NCBI GenBank assembly: GCA_965220085.1
Contig: CBDCOZ010000003.1
Span: 704,001 to 768,000 of the forward strand
Length of the DNA stretch: 64,000 bases
DNA from: Candidatus Oxydemutatoraceae bacterium
Lineage (GTDB): Bacteria > Pseudomonadota > Gammaproteobacteria > Poriferisulfidales > Oxydemutatoraceae
Direction of reading: 5' to 3'
Shown: positions 42,921 to 53,214 of the stretch, piece by piece
Layout: the number at the start of each line of letters is the position of its first letter
Position numbering within the stretch: position 1 is the stretch's first letter
Program-made: the position numbers and the translations under genes
The notes under the pieces: generated by a model
Told to the model about the DNA's origin: nothing
Seen by the model: the letters and a program-made list of their open reading frames with translations, nothing else
Database searches by the model: none

Positions 42921-43520
42921 ATGTTTAGCGGAATCGTTCGTTCTATGGGTGAAGTCGTCGCGGTGACGCCGACCGGCGGCGGGCGGCGGCTGACATTGGC
43001 GATTGAGGAGGGTTTTGCAAAAAATGTGACCGTCGGCGCCAGCGTAGCGGTTGCGGGCGTTTGCCTGACCGTCGTTGAGCGCGATGATAAGAGTTTTGCG
43101 GCGGATGTATCCGCTGAAACGCTGTCGTGTACGACCCTCGGCGAACTGACAGTGTCCGAGCGCGTCAATCTTGAGCCGGCGTTGCTGGCTGCGCAAGCGA
43201 TCGACGGACATTTTGTCAGCGGTCATGTGGACTGCACGGGAGCGATCAAAGCGCTGGAAGCGCGCGGCGAATCCGCCCGCCTTGCGGTCGAAGCGCCGGC
43301 GCATGTCATGCCTTATATTGCCGTCAAAGGGTCGGTCTGTCTGGATGGCGTCAGCCTGACGGTCAATCGCGCCGACGACCGGCTGTTTGAGGTCAATCTG
43401 ATACCGCATACATTTGCGGTCACCACTTTTTCATTCCGCAAAGTCGGTGATTGCGTTAATATTGAAGCGGATTTGATTGTGCGCTATCTCAAAAAACTGA
43501 TGAGCGAGAAAGGATTATGA
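42921..43520 (+). CDS. ribE: Riboflavin synthase (alpha chain)
   Basis: MFSGIV, GVCLTV, GHFVSGHVD, GVSLTVN. Confidence 0.93.
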   Translation: MFSGIVRSMGEVVAVTPTGGGRRLTLAIEEGFAKNVTVGASVAVAGVCLTVVERDDKSFAADVSAETLSCTTLGELTVSERVNLEPALLAAQAIDGHFVSGHVDCTGAIKALEARGESARLAVEAPAHVMPYIAVKGSVCLDGVSLTVNRADDRLFEVNLIPHTFAVTTFSFRKVGDCVNIEADLIVRYLKKLMSEKGL

Positions 43521-43849
43521 TTGCGAAACTAGGCGGGGCGGTTATGCCGAAGTTATTGATCGCAACGCTGTTGCTTGCGTTTTTTTCTCTGCAATGGTCG
43601 CTGTGGGGGGAGCGCGGGGCATGGCGTTGGTTTGAATTGGAGCGCGCCAACGAGGATGCGCGGGTTGCGAACGAAGTCATGCGCGAACGCAACGAAGAAC
43701 TCGCGCACAAGATAGATGATTTGAAAACCGGCGTCGGCACTTTGGAAGAACAGGCGCGCGAGGACCTCGGCATGGTGAAGAAAGGGGAGACATTCTATCG
43801 GATCATCGAGCCTGCCGGGCGCGACACCGACACAGGAGAGCAAAAATGA
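43517..43849 (+). CDS. ftsB: Cell division protein FtsB
   Basis: LQWSLWG TM, coiled coil, EEQAREDLGMVKKGETFY. Confidence 0.92.
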   Translation: MIAKLGGAVMPKLLIATLLLAFFSLQWSLWGERGAWRWFELERANEDARVANEVMRERNEELAHKIDDLKTGVGTLEEQAREDLGMVKKGETFYRIIEPAGRDTDTGEQK

Positions 43850-44550
43850 CAGCAAAGCACTGGGGGATTGTGCCGGCGGCGGGGGAGGGCGCGCGGATGG
43901 GCGCGGAAGCGCCCAAGCAATACCTCAAAGCGGAAGGAACGTATATCTTGGACCACAGTATTCGCGCCTTGCTCGCCTGCGATGCAATAGAGAAAATCGT
44001 TGTCGCATTGGCGCCGCAAGACACACGGTGGAACGATACGGATGCGTCGCGGGATGCGCGGGTGCTGTCTTGTGCGGGCGGCGCGCACCGTTTTGCTTCG
44101 GTCGTCAAAGCGCTTGATCATCTGGGTTCAAAGGCGGACATATCCGACGACGATTGGATTGTGGTGCACGACGGCGCGCGTCCGTGTCTTGCCCGTCGGG
44201 ACCTCGAGCGTCTGTTACATGAGATTGCCGACGAGCCGACGGGGGGCATTTTGGCGCTGCCCATTGACGACACGGTGAAGCATCTCGATGACGGGTATAT
44301 CGATAAGACGCTTGAGCGCGAGCGCTTGGTGCGCGCCGCAACACCGCAGGTTTTTCGTTACCATATTCTGAAACACGCATTTGAGCGCGCGCGCCTGCGC
44401 GATGTTGTGCCGCCCGATGAGGCGGCGGCGGCGGAGTACGCCGGCCACAGTGTCAAAGCGGTCGCTTGTGGCGGCAGTAATATCAAAGTAACCCGCCCGC
44501 AAGATTTGGCGTATGTGACAGCATTTTTGAAACAACATTCCGACGGCTAA
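43846..44550 (+). CDS. ispD: MEP cytidylyltransferase
   Basis: PAAGEGARM..PKQYL, VHDGARP, NIKVT. Confidence 0.95.
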   Translation: MTAKHWGIVPAAGEGARMGAEAPKQYLKAEGTYILDHSIRALLACDAIEKIVVALAPQDTRWNDTDASRDARVLSCAGGAHRFASVVKALDHLGSKADISDDDWIVVHDGARPCLARRDLERLLHEIADEPTGGILALPIDDTVKHLDDGYIDKTLERERLVRAATPQVFRYHILKHAFERARLRDVVPPDEAAAAEYAGHSVKAVACGGSNIKVTRPQDLAYVTAFLKQHSDG

Positions 44551-44552
44551 AA

Positions 44553-45035
44553 ATGACTGCATTGCGCATCGGACACGGCTATGATGCCCACCGCTTCTGC
44601 GAAGGAGACCGCTTGATATTGGGCGGCGCGCGCATTCCTTTTGCATACGGCATTGCGGCGCATTCCGACGGCGATGTGCTGATTCATTCCCTGTGCGATG
44701 CCTTGTTGGGAGCCGCGGCTCTGGGCGATATCGGCCGCCATTTCCCGGATGACGACCCGCAATATGAGGCGATCGACAGCCGCCGTCTGTTGGCAAAAGT
44801 CCGCGCCATGCTTCTTCGGCAGGGCTATCAATTTGTCAATGCGGATATGACTTTGCTGGCCCAAAAACCGCGGCTGAGTCCGTATATCGGAGAAATGCGA
44901 CAGAATATCGCATCCGTCCTTGCGTGTCCCGAAGAGTGTGTCAGTATCAAGGCGACGACGACCGAAGCCATGGGCTTTGTCGGCCGCTTGGAAGGCCTTG
45001 CGGCGCATAGCGTCGTTTTGATGGAACATAAATGA
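44553..45035 (+). CDS. ispF: MEcPP synthase
   Basis: RIGHGYDAH, HSDGDV, GDIG.HFPD, KATTTE. Confidence 0.97.
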   Translation: MTALRIGHGYDAHRFCEGDRLILGGARIPFAYGIAAHSDGDVLIHSLCDALLGAAALGDIGRHFPDDDPQYEAIDSRRLLAKVRAMLLRQGYQFVNADMTLLAQKPRLSPYIGEMRQNIASVLACPEECVSIKATTTEAMGFVGRLEGLAAHSVVLMEHK

Positions 45036-45042
45036 TACGGCA

Positions 45043-46962
45043 ATGAACAAAAATTTAGTTAATGACAGCGTGGACATGTTATCCGCGCACAGCCCGCTTG
45101 CCGACTTGGCGGACGGTTTCAGGGACCGCCCGCCGCAGAGAGAGATGGCAACCCACCTCGCGCAGGCGATTCTCGATGGGACCGACTATGTTGCCGAGGC
45201 GAGCACCGGCATCGGCAAGACATTCGCTTATCTCGTGCCGGCTTTGTTATCGGGCAAGCGAACCGTCATCTCAACCTATACCCGCCACCTTCAGGATCAG
45301 ATTTATTTCAAAGATCTGCCGATCGTGCTCAAAGCGGTCGGAGGCAGGCACAAGGTCACCTTGCTCAAAGGCCGCTCCAATTACTTGTGCCTTGAGCGCC
45401 TGCAACACGCGCTGTCCGAAAACGCTTTAATAGATAACAACCGCGATGTGTTATCGGCGATAAAACAATGGGCGGAAGAGACCGAAGACGGCGATATCAG
45501 CCTTCTCAACCTGATAGAAGAAGGCGACCCGTTGCGCCCTTCGCTGGTATCCAATACGGATAACTGTCTCGGCTCAAAGTGCCCTCATCATCGGGATTGT
45601 TTCATCGTTAAAGCCAGAAACAAAGCGTTGCAATCCGATCTTGTCATTGTCAATCACCAGTTGTTGGTATCCGACATGGTTCTCAAGGAGGAAGGTTTTG
45701 GCGAATTGTTGCCCGATGTCGATACGGTGATCGTGGACGAAGCGCACAAGTTCAAATCGGTATCGGAGAGCAGCTTTTCCGAAGCTTTGTTCAGCGGGCG
45801 CATCGCAGAGCTCTTGCGCGAGCTCGGCGAACGCGCAGAGAAAGAATCCGACGAAGCCGGGCGGATAAGTGCCGCGGCGGCGCGGTGCCGCGGCGCATTG
45901 GATGCGTTGGTCAGATATCTGTCCGATATGCCGGAATATAAAACCCTCGGTCAGCTGCTTGCGCAGCCCAAATTTAAATCCTGTTACGAAGGTTTGCAAC
46001 AACAGATTGCCGACCTGAGCGAAGCGTTAAAACCGTTGCGCGCGCAAACCGAGACGCTGGAGAATTTCTGGCAGCGCGCGCAAACGCTGCGCGGGTTTTT
46101 GGAATCGGCGACAGAAGAGAACGAAGAGATAGTGGCGTGGGTGCGCAGCGCCGAGCGTTCGTTTCAGATACACCGCAGCCCGCTGGATGTTTCCAAACTG
46201 CTGGCCGAGAAGATTCGCCTGTACGATGCAAACTGGATTTACACATCCGCCACCCTTGCGGTCGGCGGCAAGTTTGACCTGTTCTTGAAGTCGCAGGGCC
46301 TGCCCGAAGACAGCGCCTGCGGCGCTTTTGAAAGCCCGTTCGACTACCGCGAGCAGGCCGCGATATATCTGCCGCCCAAGATACCGGAGCCGAATCATCC
46401 CGACTATACGAAAGCGGTTATCAGAGAGGCCCGTCCTCTGCTGGACATATTTGAAGGCAGAAGTTTTTTGCTGTTTACGAGTTATCGCGCTCTGCGCGAA
46501 GGCCGCGACTTGCTCGCCGATCAAACCGACTACAAACTGCTGGCGCAGGGAGATATGCCGAAGATAGACTTGCTCGAACAATTCGGCGACGGACATAACC
46601 GCCTGTTGCTGGGGACGACAAGCTTTTGGGAAGGGGTCGATGTCAAAGGCCCGGCATTGAGTTGTGTCATTATCGACCGTTTGCCGTTTGCCCACCCGGG
46701 AGACCCGCTGACGAAGGCCAGAATGAAATATGCCGCTCAAAACAATATCAACTTTTTTGTTGAGACCACTTTGCAGGATGCGGTCATCATGTTGCGGCAA
46801 GGGGTCGGCCGCCTGATTCGCTCCGAGAGCGATTACGGCGTCGTGATGCTCGCCGACAAACGGATTCGCACCAAGCCGTACGGGAGAGTATTCATGGACA
46901 GCCTGCCCCCGATGAAAGTCTTTTCCGAAATTGAGCCGTTAAAAGAGTATTGCAGGCTGTGA
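45043..46962 (+). CDS. yoaA: ATP-dependent DNA helicase, DinG/YoaA family
   Basis: EASTGIGKT, KGRSNYLC, DEAH, FWEGVDV, QGVGRLIR. Confidence 0.9.
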   Translation: MNKNLVNDSVDMLSAHSPLADLADGFRDRPPQREMATHLAQAILDGTDYVAEASTGIGKTFAYLVPALLSGKRTVISTYTRHLQDQIYFKDLPIVLKAVGGRHKVTLLKGRSNYLCLERLQHALSENALIDNNRDVLSAIKQWAEETEDGDISLLNLIEEGDPLRPSLVSNTDNCLGSKCPHHRDCFIVKARNKALQSDLVIVNHQLLVSDMVLKEEGFGELLPDVDTVIVDEAHKFKSVSESSFSEALFSGRIAELLRELGERAEKESDEAGRISAAAARCRGALDALVRYLSDMPEYKTLGQLLAQPKFKSCYEGLQQQIADLSEALKPLRAQTETLENFWQRAQTLRGFLESATEENEEIVAWVRSAERSFQIHRSPLDVSKLLAEKIRLYDANWIYTSATLAVGGKFDLFLKSQGLPEDSACGAFESPFDYREQAAIYLPPKIPEPNHPDYTKAVIREARPLLDIFEGRSFLLFTSYRALREGRDLLADQTDYKLLAQGDMPKIDLLEQFGDGHNRLLLGTTSFWEGVDVKGPALSCVIIDRLPFAHPGDPLTKARMKYAAQNNINFFVETTLQDAVIMLRQGVGRLIRSESDYGVVMLADKRIRTKPYGRVFMDSLPPMKVFSEIEPLKEYCRL

Positions 46963-47645
46963 ATACGCAGACGCGACAAACTATCCTTGCGGTCGATACC
47001 GCGACCGAGGCTTGTTCCGCGGCATTGCTGAAAGATGGCAAGACCTATAGCCGCTATGAGGTCGCGCCGCAAAAGCACAACACGTTGCTGTTTGACATGT
47101 GCCGCTCTGTGTTTGACGAAGCGGGCGGCGGTCTGAATGATATTCATGGCTTGGCATTCGGGCGCGGCCCGGGCGCGTTTACCGGCGTTCGTATTGCCGC
47201 GGCGTTTGTGCAGGGCATCGCGTATGCGAGGTCGTTGCCGGTGGTGTCGGTTTCCAGTTTGCGGACGGTCGCCCAACGGACAATGGATGCGCGCCGGGCG
47301 CAGCGGGTTTTTGTCGCGATGGATGCGCGCATGGAAGAGGTTTACTACGCCTGCTATCAACGCGATGCGAGCGGCTTGGCGCAGCCGCTTGCCGACGATG
47401 CGATTGCCCGCCCGCAGCGGGCACAATTGCCCGAGGACTTTGACGGCGTCGGCGCCGGCAGCGGCTGGAAAGTGGCGCGCGATGCGTTGCTTGAGGCTGC
47501 GGGCAAACGCATAGAGGCGGTGTATCCGGATATGCTCCCCGATGCGGCGACCATACTCAAGCTCGCGCTGCCGGACTTTGAGGCGGCAAAGACCTTGACC
47601 GCAGAGCAGGCTTTGCCGGTGTATCTGCGCGACCCGGTTGCGTGA
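46959..47645 (+). CDS. tsaB: t6A biosynthesis protein TsaB
   Basis: ILAVDTATEACSAAL, GPGAFTGVRI, DARMEEVY, PVYLR. Confidence 0.95.
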   Translation: MNTQTRQTILAVDTATEACSAALLKDGKTYSRYEVAPQKHNTLLFDMCRSVFDEAGGGLNDIHGLAFGRGPGAFTGVRIAAAFVQGIAYARSLPVVSVSSLRTVAQRTMDARRAQRVFVAMDARMEEVYYACYQRDASGLAQPLADDAIARPQRAQLPEDFDGVGAGSGWKVARDALLEAAGKRIEAVYPDMLPDAATILKLALPDFEAAKTLTAEQALPVYLRDPVA

Positions 47646-48008
47646 CGCCCCGCAAAGAAGTACGCTTGCAATCGGATAGACTCGTTGCCGAGTGTGGCGC
47701 TAGTTGCGCGATTGCCCGCAAAGAGTGCGCTTGCGACCGGATAGACTCGTTGCTGAATGTAGCGCTAGTTGCGTGACTGCCCGCAAAGAAGTACGCTTGC
47801 AATCGGATAGACTCGTTGCTGAATGTGGCGCTAGTTGCGTGACTGCCCGCAAAGAAGTCCGCTTGCAGCCGGATAGACTCGTTGCTGAATGTGGCGCTAG
47901 TTGCGTGACTGCCCGCAAAGAAGTCCGCTTGCACCGGTTGGCGGCGCATACATCTAAGGAGCTTGGTTGCGTGACCGCCCGCAAAGAAGTACGCTTGCAA
48001 TCGGATAG
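47637..48008 (+). repeat. ~66-bp tandem repeat, 5-6 units, starting in the tsaB stop region
   Basis: gttgcgtgactgcccgcaaagaagtacgcttgcaatcggatagactcgttgctgaatgtggcgcta. Confidence 0.9.
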
Positions 48009-48041
48009 AAACAAAAGAATGCTAACAAGGAGGATAAAACA

Positions 48042-48455
48042 ATGAAGAATGTTCTGGTGATGTGTCGGCAGAATGCATGCCGTTCCATTTTGGCCGAAGG
48101 AATTATCAACGGCCTGTTTGCGGACAAGCTCAAGGCGGTCAGCGCCGGCAGCGAACCTGTGGGGGAAGCGCACCCCAAAGCGATTTTGACACTCAAGCGG
48201 CACGGCATCGACTGCTCTGGCTTGCGGAGCAAATCGTGGGATGCATTTGCCGAGCGGGAGTTTGATGCGATTATTACCGTTTGTAATTCCGCTAACAAAG
48301 CCTGCCCGCATTTCCCCGGCGACTATACGCGGTTGCACTGGAATACGCCGGACCCCGCCAAGCTCAAAGGAAGCGAAGAAGAGATTGAGCAAGCGTTTGA
48401 AGGCACATTCGCCTTGCTGAAAAGCCGGATCAAGAGCGAACTGCTATCGCTATGA
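48042..48455 (+). CDS. arsC: Arsenate reductase, LMW-PTP fold
   Basis: C..N.CRS P-loop, SAGS.P, TVC...CP.FP, W..PDP. Confidence 0.85.
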   Translation: MKNVLVMCRQNACRSILAEGIINGLFADKLKAVSAGSEPVGEAHPKAILTLKRHGIDCSGLRSKSWDAFAEREFDAIITVCNSANKACPHFPGDYTRLHWNTPDPAKLKGSEEEIEQAFEGTFALLKSRIKSELLSL

Positions 48456-48458
48456 TTC

Positions 48459-49172
48459 TTAGAACAGCAGTTTCACACCGAGCGCGCCGATGATGGCGTC
48501 ATCGTCTTCGCCATGGCGTTTGGCGATAGATGCTGTTTCGCCAAATTTGCGTTCGTAGCGTATGTCCAAATAGGGAGCGAAGGCGCGCGTAAATCCGTAA
48601 CTGGCATGGATTCCGATCTCCGCTTCGGCAAGACCGGCGCCGACTCCGAGCTCGGGCACATCTTGTGCGAACAAGTCCGCTTCCGCATAGGGTTCTATCA
48701 CCAGTTTTTGTGTGAGCAGAAACTCATTTTCTTGCTTGATACGGATGCTGACGTCTTCATCCTCGCTGACAAACAGATATGCCTCTGTCTCAAAAAAGTA
48801 GGGGGCAAGGCCTCTGAACGAGAGGACGCCGTAGCTGAGCGTGTCGGGTTGCGTATCGTGGCGGATGCCGACTTGCACATCCCAGAACGTGCTGATTGTG
48901 CGGCTGTACATGACCCGCAACTCGGCTTGTTCGGTCGCGCCGTTCTCGCGCTCTCCTTCGGCTTCAAACCAAACTTTATTTTCATCCGTCCCAACCCAGC
49001 CGCTAAACTCCCAGCTGGCGACTCCCGCGCCGTCATCGGAACCGCCGGCATCGGTCTCAAGCTCAAAGGCATGATAGACAGCCGCGCCGTGTTCGCCGCC
49101 GGCGGATGCCGCTAATGGCAACAATGGCAGGGCGGCAATAAGAAGAGCTGCTATCGTGTTTTTAGGAATCAT
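48459..49172 (-). CDS. copB: Copper resistance protein B (outer membrane)
   Basis: Signal peptide; W.G.D.NK, WDVQVG.RHD, GLAPY.FE, FAPY; downstream of copA. Confidence 0.9.
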   Translation of the reverse strand: MIPKNTIAALLIAALPLLPLAASAGGEHGAAVYHAFELETDAGGSDDGAGVASWEFSGWVGTDENKVWFEAEGERENGATEQAELRVMYSRTISTFWDVQVGIRHDTQPDTLSYGVLSFRGLAPYFFETEAYLFVSEDEDVSIRIKQENEFLLTQKLVIEPYAEADLFAQDVPELGVGAGLAEAEIGIHASYGFTRAFAPYLDIRYERKFGETASIAKRHGEDDDAIIGALGVKLLF

Positions 49173-49211
49173 GATTGCGCCTTGTTGTGCGATGCCGTTT
49201 TGCGACGGTTA

Positions 49212-50990
49212 TCAGTGATGCGCGGAATGATCAACATCTTCCGTTTTGTGCCGACCGTAATCTTTCGTCTTTTGCGTTCCGGATGAGTATGTTTTTGTCG
49301 GCGCTCGCGCTTCATCCACCTTGGCGACAACGATTTTATTCATCATCCCCGCCATCATGTGATAGAGCAGGTGGCAGTGAAATGCCCACTCACCGGCCTC
49401 GTCAGCGGTCAGAAGGGCGGAATAAGTATCCCCCGGCGCGACGATGATCGTGTGCTTGTTCGGCAGTTTTGACGCGGGCTGGCCATTTTCCAGTTGCACA
49501 AACATTCCGTGCAAGTGCATCGGGTGCGCCATCATCGTCTCATTGACAAAGGTCAGGCGCACGCGCTCGCCATAGTCAAGGCTGATCGGTTCTGCGTCCT
49601 CAAACTTTTTGCCATTGAGTGTCCAGATATAACGCTCCATATTGCCGCCCAAGCGAACGACGATCTCGCGCTCCGGCACACGCTGATCTTGTTGCGCGCC
49701 CGCATAGCGGAGGTCTTTATAGCTCAGCGTCTTGTAGCCTGCGGGCGTCTTGGCATCGGCCCAACCGCTGCCGGGCACACCCGTATCAAAGTCCTCGGCC
49801 GGAGGGTTAGCGAGGCCCTCGCTGTCATCCGAATGATGCATATCGGCCATGTCATGCCCGGAGTGATCCATATGCATCATGTCATGACCGGCGTGATGCG
49901 CGCCCGGCGTATGGTGAGACATGCTCATATCGGCCATCGTCAAAAGACTTATCGGGCGCTGTGCGGGAATCTCGCCGCGCATCCCTTCGCGGGGGGCGAT
50001 GGTGGCCAAGGCAAAGCCGGTGCGATCAAGCGGCTCGGCGGCGATGGTGTACGCTTTGTTTGCCTCGGGCTCAACAATCACATCATAGGTTTCCGCAACC
50101 CCAAACCGGAACTCATCAACCGTTATCGGCTCAACCGGTTGCCCGTCCGCGGCGACAACAGTCATTTCAAGTCCCGGGATACGGACATCATAAAATGACA
50201 TGGCCGAAGCGTTGATAAAACGTAAGCGCACTTTTTCTCCGGGTTCAAAAATACCGGTCCAGTTCTGTTCGGGCGTTTTGCCGTTAACGAGGAAAGTGTA
50301 GTTGCCAACATCCGTCAAGTCGACAGGCGACATACGCATCTCGCCCCACATCGCGGCATTTTCCCAAGCCTTCCCGAACCCCCTTTGTTTGACATCGGCA
50401 AAGAAGTCGCCAAGAGTTCTGCGGACATACACATAGTATTCGGAAGACTTCTTCAGGTTGGACATAATGGTGCTGCCTTCATCCTCATGAAAGTCGGAGA
50501 GGAGCACGACATAGTCGCGGTCGGCTTCTATATCATCTCCGCCTTCGGGGCGGATAATGATGGAACCGTAGTGCCCATCCTGTTCCTGCGCCATTGAGTG
50601 CGCGTGATACCAATATGTTCCGCGCTGCCGTATCTTAAAACGATAGGTGAAAGTATCGCCCGGTTCAATTCCCGCAAAGCCATTAAAGCCCGAAACGCCA
50701 TCCATCTCACCGGGCAGAAGGAGCCCATGCCAGTGAACAGAAGTGTTCTCCTTCAGCTTATTAGTGACATGGATAACGGCGTCATCGCCCTCTGTGAATT
50801 CCAAAGTCGGCCCCGGGATGTTGCCATTCACCGTGATACGGTCTAGCAGGGAACCCGTAATGCTTACGGCTTCTTTATCAATGACCAGCGAATACTCTTG
50901 CGTCTTGGCAAATGCGGGAGCGCCCGCGCTGACTAGCAAACTCGCAAGAGTTATTGCCTTTGTAAAGTTTTTGAGCGTTGTATGACTCAT
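49212..50990 (-). CDS. copA: Copper resistance multicopper oxidase CopA/PcoA
   Basis: HWHG, WYHAH, HPMHLHG, HCHLLYHM; His/Met-rich linker. Confidence 0.93.
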   Translation of the reverse strand: MSHTTLKNFTKAITLASLLVSAGAPAFAKTQEYSLVIDKEAVSITGSLLDRITVNGNIPGPTLEFTEGDDAVIHVTNKLKENTSVHWHGLLLPGEMDGVSGFNGFAGIEPGDTFTYRFKIRQRGTYWYHAHSMAQEQDGHYGSIIIRPEGGDDIEADRDYVVLLSDFHEDEGSTIMSNLKKSSEYYVYVRRTLGDFFADVKQRGFGKAWENAAMWGEMRMSPVDLTDVGNYTFLVNGKTPEQNWTGIFEPGEKVRLRFINASAMSFYDVRIPGLEMTVVAADGQPVEPITVDEFRFGVAETYDVIVEPEANKAYTIAAEPLDRTGFALATIAPREGMRGEIPAQRPISLLTMADMSMSHHTPGAHHAGHDMMHMDHSGHDMADMHHSDDSEGLANPPAEDFDTGVPGSGWADAKTPAGYKTLSYKDLRYAGAQQDQRVPEREIVVRLGGNMERYIWTLNGKKFEDAEPISLDYGERVRLTFVNETMMAHPMHLHGMFVQLENGQPASKLPNKHTIIVAPGDTYSALLTADEAGEWAFHCHLLYHMMAGMMNKIVVAKVDEARAPTKTYSSGTQKTKDYGRHKTEDVDHSAHH

Positions 50991-51087
50991 GGGGATATAT
51001 TACTTGTTTTCATGCGCGAGTTCAATAAGACTTCCTGGGTGACTTTTGACGTTATCTACTGTCAGCCAGTATGGTCTTTGAGTTTTT

Positions 51088-52824
51088 CTAAGTGGATGAT
51101 TCCCATTGATTGTGTCCTAGAAATCGATTGAGTCGTTCCGCCACCAATTTACGGCGCACTTTCAAAAAATCCTCATAGGCATCCATCTCCCATAGCGATT
51201 TATCATTGGGAATACATTGTTTGTCTAATTTGTTTGCACCTCCTTTTTTTATGACATCGGGTAAATAGATGGCTGGCTCTTTATCGCTGATTCTCTTGTT
51301 TGTTCTTTCACCAATAAAAGCCATATTGCAAATATCATTGATTCTCTGCGGAGGCATGCCAACCTTTTCCAATAATGCCTTTGGGAATATGTGATGGAAT
51401 TGAAGTTTGTGTGTTGTGCCTGAGTGTTTCAGTGAGATACTCAGTTGATCTTCCCAATCTCGAGCATTGTCCGCTTGAAAAGCTAAAAACATCGTTTTGA
51501 AGTAGGCGCTTCTGGTACTTCTATTTTCCAAGTCTTCAGGCAGGATATCTAAACGTCCGACCTGAGTTTCTAGAGATTGTAATAACTTGCCAATATTTTT
51601 ATTGCGGTGGATAGTGGTTAAATCCTGATCCAAGAGACTTTCCGACGACCCTTTGGAATATCGAGCTTTCGCGTTTGCTACCAAGATCCAATAGCGGAGT
51701 TGTTTCTCCTCATTGTCCGACAACTCATACCCCTTAGAGTCTGCATACTTGGCCAGCGTAATAAGGATATATGGTGATGACAACAGACTCTGATTTTCTA
51801 CATTTACGTTGCTACTCAAGAAATTAAGAGCATACTCCATACCCTTTTTTGCATTTTCCCACCCTTTCTCAAGATCTTCTTTGGATAAACGGCCCAATAT
51901 TTTGAAACGAGACTGATTGGTTACAAAAGCGACAAGGTTCTTAATGTGGATTGACAAATCAATATCAAACCCATGTTTTGTAGCACATTCCTCTTTGAAA
52001 TTTTGAAATAACTGAAGAGAATTTCGCCATTTTGCGGTAATTTGGGCTAGTGCTAAATCGGATCCTCGAAGCTTTGCCCCGAGTGAATTTACCCGAACAA
52101 ATATTTCTGTTACTTCTTCATACGTCTTATCACGGTCTAGAATATGTACCCGGTAGCTATAATTTTTGATATCCCTAAGCCGTGTTAGGCGGGTTGTGTA
52201 TTTGTCGTACCTTGGGTCCTCCATCTCTGTAACACCTGCCTTTTTGAGGAATGGCTTATCGCTACTTTCTGTGAACACCTCAGTAACAGGAACCCAATGG
52301 GGTAATTGAGCGAGTTTTTTGGAATGGACAACAAAAGTCATACTCTCAAAGCGCTTCATGAGTTCATCTTCGGATGCATCTATTGTGTTCTCATTCAAAT
52401 CAATGTCTGTGTTGTCTTCAGCTTCTTCATCCTCAATGACCTCGGTTACTAACCCAACTTCTTCCGGATGTTCCAAATTGAAAAGAATGTCAATTGGTCG
52501 CTTAAGGCCTTTCACATAGACTGGCTCGCCTAGCAAAATAGCTGACAGCGAAGTTAATCGTTGTTGACCGTCTAACAAAAGCTGGTGACCGCGCTGTTTT
52601 TGTTGTGATAAATCTTGGTTAATATCAAATTTTCGTGTCGCAACTTCTCCGTCTGTTTCCCATGTGAGAATTGTCCCTGAGGGATATTTCCTATAAAGTG
52701 AGTCCAGCAAATCCCGCACACGAGTTTTTTGCCAAACGTATTGGCGTTGCATCTCCGGCAGTTTGATATCGCCGCGTTTGATTTTTGCCACAAGTTCATG
52801 TATTGGTATATCTTGCTCTGCCAT
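51088..52824 (-). CDS. GmrSD-like modification-dependent restriction protein (DUF262 + HNH)
   Basis: P.MQR.YVW, LDGQQRLT, F.RVN..G; C-terminal HHIFPK...N....N. Confidence 0.85.
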   Translation of the reverse strand: MAEQDIPIHELVAKIKRGDIKLPEMQRQYVWQKTRVRDLLDSLYRKYPSGTILTWETDGEVATRKFDINQDLSQQKQRGHQLLLDGQQRLTSLSAILLGEPVYVKGLKRPIDILFNLEHPEEVGLVTEVIEDEEAEDNTDIDLNENTIDASEDELMKRFESMTFVVHSKKLAQLPHWVPVTEVFTESSDKPFLKKAGVTEMEDPRYDKYTTRLTRLRDIKNYSYRVHILDRDKTYEEVTEIFVRVNSLGAKLRGSDLALAQITAKWRNSLQLFQNFKEECATKHGFDIDLSIHIKNLVAFVTNQSRFKILGRLSKEDLEKGWENAKKGMEYALNFLSSNVNVENQSLLSSPYILITLAKYADSKGYELSDNEEKQLRYWILVANAKARYSKGSSESLLDQDLTTIHRNKNIGKLLQSLETQVGRLDILPEDLENRSTRSAYFKTMFLAFQADNARDWEDQLSISLKHSGTTHKLQFHHIFPKALLEKVGMPPQRINDICNMAFIGERTNKRISDKEPAIYLPDVIKKGGANKLDKQCIPNDKSLWEMDAYEDFLKVRRKLVAERLNRFLGHNQWESST

Positions 52825-53124
52825 AATCTCTTCACTCTGATACAGTGCACAGTGTTCTTTACTGCGGCTTTGTTATTTTACGCATTTATGATACCTCAAC
52901 GGTCAAATATTTCTACTAATATGCGCTATCTGTTTGCTACTTATTCCCAAGGATTATAATTCTGAAGGGTGATATATAGCTAGTAAAACCGTGATATTTT
53001 GTCACCCTACTATGAGTATGTCGTAGGAAGTAAGGGGCTATCGGTGTTGTTGATGGTGTATGCGAAGAAATCTCGCAGGGCAAACGCTAATTATTTGTTT
53101 GCTGTGTGTTTTAGTTTCTTGACT

Positions 53125-53213
53125 TGGCGGAGAGGGAGGGATTCGAACCCCCGGTGGGCGCAAACCCACAACGGTTTTCAAGACCGCCGCTTTCAACTAC
53201 TCAGTGCCTCTTC
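53125..53213 (-). tRNA. tRNA-Ser(TGA) degenerate copy (3' ~70 nt intact, 5' end decayed)
   Basis: Identical to 58634.. through the anticodon arm, then diverges (ttcaactactcagtgcctcttc). Confidence 0.75.
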
Positions 53214-53214
53214 G

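Noticed and set aside
47637-48008. CRISPR array
   Set aside because: Four of five inter-repeat segments are near-identical; no cas genes.
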